Below, one piece after another: positions 44,300 through 50,446 of a stretch of DNA of 50,446 bases. Origin of the DNA: an uncultured Selenomonadales bacterium (GTDB taxonomy: Bacteria > Bacillota > Negativicutes > Selenomonadales > Selenomonadaceae); the NCBI GenBank assembly GCA_937915885.1, contig CALGGP010000229.1:1-50446 (forward strand). Reading direction: 5' to 3'. Position 1 is the first letter of the stretch. Each line of letters starts with the position of its first letter. The notes below the pieces were generated by a model. That model worked only from the letters and a program-made list of their open reading frames with translations. It did no database searches and had not been told where the DNA came from. The translations under genes and the position numbers were made by a program.

Positions 44300-44458
44300 C
44301 TAATCGTCGAGAGATGCGTCGGTGGCGGCGAGAATTGCGATGATGATGACGTTGAAGAAGAAGAACGGTAGGCGCTCCTCGAGGAAATTTTGAGTGGCGC
44401 AGATGGCGGCGAGTGCGATCAGAACGCGCGCGAGGAAATGAAACATCTGATTACTCAT
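44300..44458 (-). CDS. Small hydrophobic protein (52 aa), not in the supplied ORF track
   Basis: GGAGG lies 7 nt upstream of the ATG. The hand translation MSNQMFHFLARVLIALAAICATQNFLEERLPFFFFNVIIIAILAATDASLDD shows two TM-like segments. Confidence 0.5.
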   Translation of the reverse strand: MSNQMFHFLARVLIALAAICATQNFLEERLPFFFFNVIIIAILAATDASLDD

Positions 44459-44599
44459 CAGATCGCCTCCGAATTAAAGATTTGGTTGACCTTGACGCCG
44501 GTGTCGGGTTTAGCGCCGCGTTTCTTTGTGGGTCATGATTTTCTCCTTTCAAGCAGATTTTTTGAATGCCGACAGTTATGTATTTGTTGTTATGCATAA

Positions 44600-44795
44600 T
44601 TACGCTTCGTGACACAAAAAAATCTTCGGATCGACATTCAAAGCGTCCGAGAGTTTTTTGATGGTAGAACTTTTAGCATCAGCGGATTTGCTATTCTCCA
44701 ATAATGAGATGGCGACGCGTGAAATTCCGCCTCTCTTCGCAAGTTCTTCCTGACTAATTTATGCTTCTTAGCACAATCTCTTCAATTCCTTTCAA
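44600..44795 (-). pseudogene. Cro-like XRE-family HTH gene with an internal 1-nt frameshift
   Basis: The C-terminal frame reads ISQEELAKRGGISRVAISLLENSKSADAKSSTIKKLSDALNVDPKIFLCHEA* but has in-frame stops just upstream. A TTG-initiated MKGIEEIVLRSIN* lies in the adjacent frame behind a GAGGAG RBS. A single-nt indel would join them into a Cro-like protein of about 66 aa. Confidence 0.5.
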
Positions 44796-44845
44796 TCAAA
44801 TCACTTTCACTCCTCGTGTAAAAGAAATTATGCTTACGTAATCAG

Positions 44846-44873
44846 ATTATTTAAAGCAAAAAACTTTTGTCAA
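44846..44873 (-). promoter_or_regulatory. Early (cro-side) promoter TTGACA-N16-AATAAT
   Basis: On the minus strand TTGACA lies at 44873-44868 and AATAAT at 44851-44846. It is back-to-back with the repressor promoter. Confidence 0.5.
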
Positions 44874-44879
44874 CAGCTA

Positions 44880-44907
44880 TTTACATTTTTTAGTTATCTT
44901 GTATAAT
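44880..44907 (+). promoter_or_regulatory. Repressor-side promoter TTTACA-N16-TATAAT
   Basis: TTTACA lies at 44880-44885 and TATAAT at 44902-44907. The N-terminal extension MYNKFYK in the ORF track is this promoter read as protein. Confidence 0.55.
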
Positions 44908-44940
44908 AAATTTTACAAAATGAAGAAAGGGGTGTTGAAA

Positions 44941-45309
44941 ATGAGAGTGGGAGAAGCAATAAGAAAATATCGTGAAGAACATTCGATGTCGACGGCGGAC
45001 TTCGCTCGAATGGTGGGATTGAGCCGCCCCTATGTTTATATGTTGGAAGTCAACAAAAATTCGCGTGATGGAAAGCCGATTATTCCTTCGACTGCCACCT
45101 TAATGAAGGTGTCGAAAGTGCTCAACATTCCTTTTACCGATCTGATTGACGAGCAAATGCTAGAGCGTGCGGAGCTTCCGAAAGCGACGGCGACAGATGA
45201 ACGTTCAGTAATAACTCAGTTTCGTAAACTAAATGATGCCGATAAACAAACCATTTGCATGATGATAAATCGTTTTTTGGAACCGTCCGAAGTTTCCGCT
45301 CACGCATAA
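44941..45309 (+). CDS. CI-like XRE-family repressor
   Basis: The HTH is MSTADFARMVGLSRPYVYMLEVNKN. It is divergent from the cro-like gene, and a GAAAGGGG RBS lies before ATG 44941. Confidence 0.7.
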   Translation: MRVGEAIRKYREEHSMSTADFARMVGLSRPYVYMLEVNKNSRDGKPIIPSTATLMKVSKVLNIPFTDLIDEQMLERAELPKATATDERSVITQFRKLNDADKQTICMMINRFLEPSEVSAHA

Positions 45310-45434
45310 AAAATGGAGCCTATACTAGGTCTTTTTGCTCTCGCGACGGAACTTTTTAGTGATGCTTGTAATGGGCATTGGTGATACTTCTTTACGAAAG
45401 AAATGGTTAATGTTAGGTCTACAGTTTTATGTAC

Positions 45435-45592
45435 TTAACTTTTAGGGTAAAAAAAAATCTTGGGAGCAACGTTTAAAGCCTCCGCAAGTTTTATAATAAT
45501 GGAGTATTTAGCGTCAACAGACTTGCCGTTTTCGAGCAAGGAGATTGCAACGCGAGAGATACCAGCTTTTTTCGCCAATTCCGGATCACCGA
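45435..45592 (-). pseudogene. 5'-truncated XRE HTH gene fragment, paralogous to the cro-like gene
   Basis: The hand translation is ...LIGDPELAKKAGISRVAISLLENGKSVDAKYSIIIKLAEALNVAPKIFFYPKS*. It closely parallels AKRGGISRVAISLLENSKSADAKSSTIKKLSDALNVDPKIF. Its N-terminus is replaced by the 3' end of the aldehyde dehydrogenase gene. Confidence 0.6.
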
Positions 45593-47077
45593 TCAGTACA
45601 TGCCGCTGACACCTTCGCTCATGCTGATGAAAATATTTTTCTTCTGAGTGTAAGCGTTGAGAATCATCTTATGCGTCTCGCGCCCGATGCCCGACTTCTT
45701 ATATCCGCCGAACGGCGAGCCCGCCGGCAGATCGTTGTAAGCGTTGATCCACATGCGCCCCGTCTCGATCGCCCGCGCCACGCGCAACGCCCGATTGATG
45801 TCCTTCGTCCAGACCGCGCCGCCCAAGCCGTATTCGCTGTCGTTGGCCATCGCTACAACTTCGTCCTCGTCGTGGAACTTGATCACGACCGCCACCGGTC
45901 CGAAAATCTCTTCGCATGCCACCGTCATTTTATTATTGACGTCCGCTATCAACGTCGGCTGCATGAACGCTCCGTTTTCGCCGCCTTCGACCACAGCCGC
46001 CGCGCCGCCGGTGATCACCTGCGCGCCTTCCTTCCGACCGATCTCGACGTACTTCAAAATCTTTTCGAGCTGCCGTTTATCGATCTGGCTGCCCATCTGC
46101 GTATCGCGCTCCCAAGGCAGACCGACTTTGACGCTCTCGAATTTTTTCTTGAGCGCGTCGACGAATTTATCATAGAACGTGTCCTGAACGAAAATACGCG
46201 ACCCCGCACAGCACACCTGCCCTTGATTGAAGAGAATCCCCATGCAGGCGCCGTCGATCGCCTTTTCAAAATTACAATCGTCGAAGTAAATGTTCGCCGA
46301 CTTGCCGCCCAGCTCCAGCGTCGCGGGGATCAATTTCTTCGCCGCCGCCTCCGCCACGGAATATCCGACCTCCGTCGAGCCGGTGAACGCCAGCTTCCGA
46401 ATGTCGGGATGGTCGAGAATGTATTGACCGGTTGAGCCGCCGCCACCCGTGATGATATTGAGCACGCCCGCAGGCAATTCGTTTTGAATCAGTTTCATAA
46501 ACTCGAGGATCGACAGTGAGGTCGTCGACGACGGTTTGAAGATGATGCAGTTGCCCGCTCCGAGCGCCGGCGCCAACTTCCACGCGCCCATCAGGAAGGG
46601 GAAATTCCACGGGACGATTTGTCCGACCACGCCGATCGGCTCGCTCAAGATGAGGCTCAATTTGTCGTCGGCAAGCATCGACGCCGAGCCTTCCTCCGCG
46701 CGGATCACGCCCGCGAAGTAACGGAAATGATCGGAGCTCAACGGCACGTCGGCGTTCATCGTCTCGCGGATGGGTTTGCCGTTGTCGAGCGTCTCGATCA
46801 TCGCAAGGTGCTCGGCGTTGGCGTCAATGATGTCGGCGATCTTGAGAAGGATCGTCGCGCGCTCGACCACGCCGACTTTCTTCCACGCGGGGAATGCCGC
46901 CCACGCCGCTTTGACAGCATCATCTACGTCCGCCTTCGACGCCGCCGCGCACTCCGCCATGAACTCGCCGTTCGACGGATTGTAGACCTTGAAAGTTTTG
47001 CCGCCCTCGGCGTCGCGCCACTCGCCGTTGATGTAGAGTTGGTAGCGATCCTGCCAAATTTTTTTCACGTCGGACAT
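45593..47077 (-). CDS. NAD(P)-dependent aldehyde dehydrogenase
   Basis: It is about 494 aa with ALDH motifs FTGSTEVG, ELGGKSA and QGQVCCAGSR (catalytic Cys). The start is at MSDVKK, which has an AAGGAG RBS. Confidence 0.9.
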   Translation of the reverse strand: MSDVKKIWQDRYQLYINGEWRDAEGGKTFKVYNPSNGEFMAECAAASKADVDDAVKAAWAAFPAWKKVGVVERATILLKIADIIDANAEHLAMIETLDNGKPIRETMNADVPLSSDHFRYFAGVIRAEEGSASMLADDKLSLILSEPIGVVGQIVPWNFPFLMGAWKLAPALGAGNCIIFKPSSTTSLSILEFMKLIQNELPAGVLNIITGGGGSTGQYILDHPDIRKLAFTGSTEVGYSVAEAAAKKLIPATLELGGKSANIYFDDCNFEKAIDGACMGILFNQGQVCCAGSRIFVQDTFYDKFVDALKKKFESVKVGLPWERDTQMGSQIDKRQLEKILKYVEIGRKEGAQVITGGAAAVVEGGENGAFMQPTLIADVNNKMTVACEEIFGPVAVVIKFHDEDEVVAMANDSEYGLGGAVWTKDINRALRVARAIETGRMWINAYNDLPAGSPFGGYKKSGIGRETHKMILNAYTQKKNIFISMSEGVSGMY

Positions 47078-47107
47078 GTAATTCACTCCTTCGATTTTGT
47101 TGATCAC

Positions 47108-47138
47108 ATTATACATTGTTTGAGTCGATCCGTGTCAA
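47108..47138 (-). promoter_or_regulatory. Candidate promoter TTGACA-N19-TATAAT upstream of the aldehyde dehydrogenase
   Basis: On the minus strand TTGACA lies at 47138-47133 and TATAAT at 47113-47108. The spacer is 2 nt longer than optimal. Confidence 0.4.
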
Positions 47139-47246
47139 GAAAATTTTTATAGGGGGCGCCGCTCAATGCTCCCACCCACGGAGCGCGGCGCCCAACAGAG
47201 CTCGAGGTTCCCACCCCGCGTTGGCGGCGCCCTCTTATCCGTTGCT

Positions 47247-47294
47247 CTCCGCGCGGAGATTTTTTTGTTGCAAATTCCCGATCGAAAATATAAA
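47247..47294 (+). repeat. Intergenic module copy A: palindrome CTCCGCGCGGAG - T-run - TTGCAA - N15 - TATAAA
   Basis: It repeats with the same internal spacing at 48002-48053. The shared core is cgaaaatataaacttac. Confidence 0.8.
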
Positions 47295-47324
47295 CTTACC
47301 GAAAATCAAAGGAGGCGATGAGTT

Positions 47325-47981
47325 ATGATCCCTGTCGCCATCAGCACCCTGTTCAGTATCGGCAGCGCCATCAAAACCGCCGGCGACGCAATCAAAGCCG
47401 TCGATACCGTTGTCGAGACCGTAGATAAATTCGCCGGCACCGACAAAATTGACGCCGACGATTATATTCTTCGCGTCGTCACGAGCACCGTCGTCAAAAT
47501 TAAGGAGGCGCGATTCGAGACCGAACGCAGCCTCGAGCGCCTTCGTCGTACGAAAAAATATATCACCTCCGACAGCATGCAACGCTTTATCGATCAATTT
47601 TCCCGCGTTAATTCGATTGACTTCCCTCAAAATGCGCCGCCCGATAATTTCTTCGTCCAACCGTCCGAGCTCGAGGCGATGTTTGAAAATGTCAATCTCA
47701 ATCGAGACACCGCGCGGAAGTTTGAGACTGAAGGCAAACAGATTTGCTCGTACCTCGACGAGATCAAAGACCGCGCCGATCAAACCAACGCACGCCTCTT
47801 GACGCTCGACAGCAAACTTTCAAACGCCGTTGACGAGATGGAATTCGTGATCGATCGCTACGGCGCCGACGGGAGTAAAATTCCAAACGACGCCATGGAA
47901 AAATTGTATCACGCGCTCCAGATCGCCAAGAAGATCAAGACGATCATCGATACACCCCTGTTGTCCGACGGCGGCAAATAA
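47325..47981 (+). CDS. Hypothetical, probably helical protein (218 aa)
   Basis: An AAGGAGG RBS precedes it. I recognise no motif. Confidence 0.5.
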   Translation: MIPVAISTLFSIGSAIKTAGDAIKAVDTVVETVDKFAGTDKIDADDYILRVVTSTVVKIKEARFETERSLERLRRTKKYITSDSMQRFIDQFSRVNSIDFPQNAPPDNFFVQPSELEAMFENVNLNRDTARKFETEGKQICSYLDEIKDRADQTNARLLTLDSKLSNAVDEMEFVIDRYGADGSKIPNDAMEKLYHALQIAKKIKTIIDTPLLSDGGK

Positions 47982-48001
47982 TTTTTAGTCTTATCGTCGC
48001 G

Positions 48002-48053
48002 CTCCGCGCGGAGTCGATTTTTTTTATTGCAATTTCGCGGTCGAAAATATAAA
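48002..48053 (+). repeat. Intergenic module copy B: palindrome CTCCGCGCGGAG - T8 - TTGCAA - N15 - TATAAA
   Basis: See copy A. Here it probably acts as the terminator of the upstream gene plus a promoter-like element for the downstream gene. Confidence 0.8.
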
Positions 48054-48120
48054 CTTACACGTTGAAGGAGGCAAGGGCTCGGAGCATTTTTTTTATTTCA
48101 ATTTCCGCGCCCGCATTGTA

Positions 48121-49476
48121 ATGAACGATACCGTCAACGATCCCAATAAGGTTTATCCTTGGTACCTCAAGCTGAAGTTCATCGTCTGCGCCGGCTTCGG
48201 CGTCTTTATGTTTATCTTTCCAATCCCCGACGGCGAAACCACATCGACCGGCGTCAACATCTTGACTCAAATGCTCGACGACGCCGTCCGCGAATATGCT
48301 CATTGGTCGCTGTTCATGTTCGTCGTCGTGTCCGCAATCGGCGCGCTCCTCTGTCAATTTCATCGCCCCGCGTTCGTCACGCGCATCGATTGGATTCGCG
48401 ACACTTTCTGCATTTCCGTCCCGTATCTGATCACCCGACTGTTCGCGCTCTTCGTCATGATCTGCGTCACGTTTGAAGTCGGTCCCGAAGTCATTCGCTC
48501 TGAAGACATCGGCTTGCAAATGGCGTCGCTCTCCTACACTCTGATTGCGCTCGCCTTCGTTTTGAGCTTCGTCCTGCCGTTTTTGACGGAGTCGGGCATC
48601 ATGGAATTTACGGGCATCATCTTAAAACCGTTGGTGCGTCCGCTGTTTCGAGTGCCCGGGCGCGCGTCCGTCGACCTGATCACATCGTGGCTGGCGTCAT
48701 CGAACACCGCCGTCCTGATCACCGCCGAGCAGTATCGCGCGGGATATTATTCGATGCGCGAATCGGCAACCATCATGACGAATTTTTCATTGGTGTCGAT
48801 CCCGTTCTGCATGGTCGTCGCCGAAACTTTAAATTTGAGTGAGCACTTCGTGTCGATGTACGCGATCGTGACGGGGATCGGACTTTTCATTGCAATCATT
48901 TCGCCGCGCTTCTGGCCGCTCGGCTCGATCCCCGACTCCTACGCCACCACGAAAAAAATCAATGAGGACGTGCCGCAAAACATTTCGCTGCTCGATTGGG
49001 CGATCCAAGGCGCGCTCGAGCGCATCAAATTGTTCCGATTGGATATGGCGTTGGCGAGCGGCGGCATCATGGCGGTCGGCATTATCTTCGACCTGATCCC
49101 GATCGTCATTGCGTGGGGCACCGTCGGCACGTATCTTGCGGGCGAAACGTCGATCTTCCAATGGCTGTCATATCCGATGGGAATGTATTTAAGTGTGCTC
49201 GGCGTGGAGGACGCGTTCCAAATGGCGCCGGCAACTCTCGTGGGCTTCATCGACATGTTCATCCCGTGCCTGATCACCGCCGTCGACGCGCCGATCAAGA
49301 CGCGCTTCATCGTGGCGGTGCTGTCGCTGGTGCAGATCATTTATCTGACGGAGGTCGGCTCAATCATCGTCAAGGCGAACGTCGGGCTCGACATAAAGAG
49401 GCTGTTCGGGATATTCATTGAGCGGACATTGATCGCGTTGCCGATCATCGTGTTCTTCGCCAACATGATGTTCTAG
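48121..49476 (+). CDS. YjiH-like / nucleoside-recognition (Gate) domain membrane protein
   Basis: The 451-aa polytopic membrane protein has a YjiH-like N-terminus and overall layout, by eye. Confidence 0.5.
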   Translation: MNDTVNDPNKVYPWYLKLKFIVCAGFGVFMFIFPIPDGETTSTGVNILTQMLDDAVREYAHWSLFMFVVVSAIGALLCQFHRPAFVTRIDWIRDTFCISVPYLITRLFALFVMICVTFEVGPEVIRSEDIGLQMASLSYTLIALAFVLSFVLPFLTESGIMEFTGIILKPLVRPLFRVPGRASVDLITSWLASSNTAVLITAEQYRAGYYSMRESATIMTNFSLVSIPFCMVVAETLNLSEHFVSMYAIVTGIGLFIAIISPRFWPLGSIPDSYATTKKINEDVPQNISLLDWAIQGALERIKLFRLDMALASGGIMAVGIIFDLIPIVIAWGTVGTYLAGETSIFQWLSYPMGMYLSVLGVEDAFQMAPATLVGFIDMFIPCLITAVDAPIKTRFIVAVLSLVQIIYLTEVGSIIVKANVGLDIKRLFGIFIERTLIALPIIVFFANMMF

Positions 49477-49994
49477 TTGAGGTAGCGCGCAAACACCAAT
49501 TCGAAATCGGTCTTCTCGCCGGTGAATTGGTAGTAGTATGCATCGACCTCAAAAATGTTTTCGAGATAAGGCACGCCCTTCTGAGCTTGAGTGACCCGCT
49601 CGATCAGATCGGGACCGCCGCGCTCGCGCAGGAACTCAAATTGATCGGCGTGCCGACACTCGTGCAGAGTGATCTCCCGCACCAGCCTGAGGCTCTTCAA
49701 AAATCCGAAGTCCTCGGAGCATCTTTGAATTGCCGACAGACTGAAGAAGACGCAACCATGCAAACCGCCGTCGGCAGCCTGCTTGTTCGACATGGTGAAG
49801 CCCGTGAGATCGTCGGGATCGTCGAGCGGGCAAACTTCATTGTGCATGTCAATGATGTCGACGGGCATGACGTCGAAGATCACGCAATCGTAATCGTCTC
49901 TGAGATTTTGTTCGACGGTCTTGACGATGATGCGCGACATGAAATCGAACGTCAAAAATTTTTCCTTGAGCCGTTTGGAAATGAAATCGAACAT
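49473..49994 (-). CDS. Hypothetical protein with HExxH zinc-metallopeptidase motif
   Basis: The motif is ITLHECRHADQFEF. Nothing else is recognisable. Confidence 0.45.
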   Translation of the reverse strand: MFDFISKRLKEKFLTFDFMSRIIVKTVEQNLRDDYDCVIFDVMPVDIIDMHNEVCPLDDPDDLTGFTMSNKQAADGGLHGCVFFSLSAIQRCSEDFGFLKSLRLVREITLHECRHADQFEFLRERGGPDLIERVTQAQKGVPYLENIFEVDAYYYQFTGEKTDFELVFARYLN

Positions 49995-50084
49995 GGTAAT
50001 CCCTCCACGGTCGATTATAATACACTATCAACAATTGAAAGTCGCTCGACGGGCGACAAAATTTTTTTGAGAGGTGATTGGCTG

Positions 50085-50446
50085 ATGGCAATCAAACTAT
50101 CGAAGGGGCAGAAGATCGATCTGACCAAGAATAATCCGTTGCTCAACCGAGTGATGATCGGCTTGGGTTGGACAGCGGGGCAAGGGCTCGATCTCGACAC
50201 CGCCGCTTTCCTGCTACGCGCGGACGGCAAGGTTGATTCCGATGAGGATTTTGTATTCTACGGCAACGCAAATCATCATTCCGAAGGCGTGATTCTGAAC
50301 AGTGACGGTTCGATTGATATTAATCTCGATAAAATTCCGCGCCACGTCGAAAAAATTTCGCTGACCGCTACGATTTACGACGCCGATAACCGCAGACAAA
50401 ATTTCAGCATGATTCGCGGCGCATTCTTGAAGATTTTCAGCCTTTA
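50085..50446 (+). CDS. TerD-family stress protein, 3'-partial at window end
   Basis: The hand translation is MAIKLSKGQKIDLTKNNPLLNRVMIGLGWTAGQGLDLDTAAFLLRADGKVDSDEDFVFYGN.... It is classic TerD, with no stop before the window ends. Confidence 0.8.
   Translation, partial: MAIKLSKGQKIDLTKNNPLLNRVMIGLGWTAGQGLDLDTAAFLLRADGKVDSDEDFVFYGNANHHSEGVILNSDGSIDINLDKIPRHVEKISLTATIYDADNRRQNFSMIRGAFLKIFSL

Larger units (their letters stand above)
13606..45592 (-). mobile_element. Defective (truncated) myovirus-type prophage, about 32 kb
   Basis: A contiguous minus-strand block runs cI/cro switch, replication/recombination, terminase, lambda-like head and contractile tail. The left end cuts baseplate J and the right end cuts an XRE gene. 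No integrase, holin/endolysin or tail-fibre genes are present. Confidence 0.85.

Noticed and set aside
44527-44553. Strong RBS-like AAAGGAGAAAATC followed by ATG on the minus strand, between the cro-like gene and the small membrane protein
   Set aside because: The ORF is only 8 codons (MTHKETRR*). It may be a remnant or a leader, and it cannot be supported as a gene.
45310-45434. Searched for a tRNA gene, att site or integrase remnant at the right prophage edge
   Set aside because: I found no tRNA-like T-arm or acceptor pattern, no direct repeat shared with the left edge, and only a 17-codon ORF. Nothing is reportable.
13606-45592. Contractile-tail cluster as a tailocin or extracellular contractile injection system
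   Set aside because: Complete terminase, portal, protease, decoration and capsid genes are contiguous with the tail genes. No AAA+ recycling ATPase or effector genes are present. It is a prophage remnant.
47141-47190. GC-rich nested hairpin (GGGCGCCGC...GCTCC-CACCCAC-GGAGC-GCGGCGCCC) in the divergent intergenic region, considered as a riboswitch or ncRNA
   Set aside because: I recognise no riboswitch consensus, and no T-run follows in either direction. It could be a REP-like or insulating structure, but nothing more can be claimed from sequence alone.

Overview
The 50.4-kb window is a mosaic of five parts. All homology calls come from reading motifs in the supplied translations. No database search was run, and start codons are best guesses.

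(1) 1-2.9 kb is a high-GC block of broken genes. A ComM/YifB ATPase is fused in frame, at about nt 1455-1460, to the C-terminal fragment of a MalK-type ABC ATPase. A sugar ABC permease loses its last TM helix at about nt 2465. There it runs into the 3' fragment of an RTX-like repeat protein, and GC content drops.

(2) 2.95-13.6 kb holds two divergent operons.
- The minus operon encodes a secreted 5'-nucleotidase, a GT2 glycosyltransferase and a solitary FecCD-type permease.
- The plus operon starts from a consensus promoter. It encodes a GNAT-like protein, a carrier protein, a VOC enzyme, an adenylating enzyme, two QueC-like PP-loop ATPases and a CBS / SGNH-like / CitC-like nucleotidyltransferase.
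- The plus operon carries five long homopolymer tracts inside ORFs (G12, C10, G11, A9, G10). Three of them interrupt reading frames by exactly one nucleotide. I read this as a phase-variable contingency locus of unknown chemistry, and it is the most interesting candidate system in the window.

(3) 13.6-45.6 kb is a defective myovirus-type prophage, mostly on the minus strand.
- It has lambda-like packaging and head genes, a P2/PBSX-like contractile tail, and a Firmicutes-style early region (primase-DUF927, RusA, Sak4-like ATPase, DUF669, YopX paralogues, cI/cro switch).
- It is cut inside baseplate J at the left end and inside an XRE gene at the right end. It has no integrase, lysis cassette or tail fibres.
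- Morons are embedded in the tail module: an orphan DPPY methyltransferase, hicAB with its own consensus promoter and terminator, and an antisense small gene.
- The tail-chaperone -1 frameshift site can be read directly from the sequence.

(4) 45.6-50.4 kb carries host genes: an aldehyde dehydrogenase, a hypothetical protein, a YjiH-like membrane protein, an HExxH protein and a partial TerD.

No rRNA, tRNA or CRISPR array was seen.
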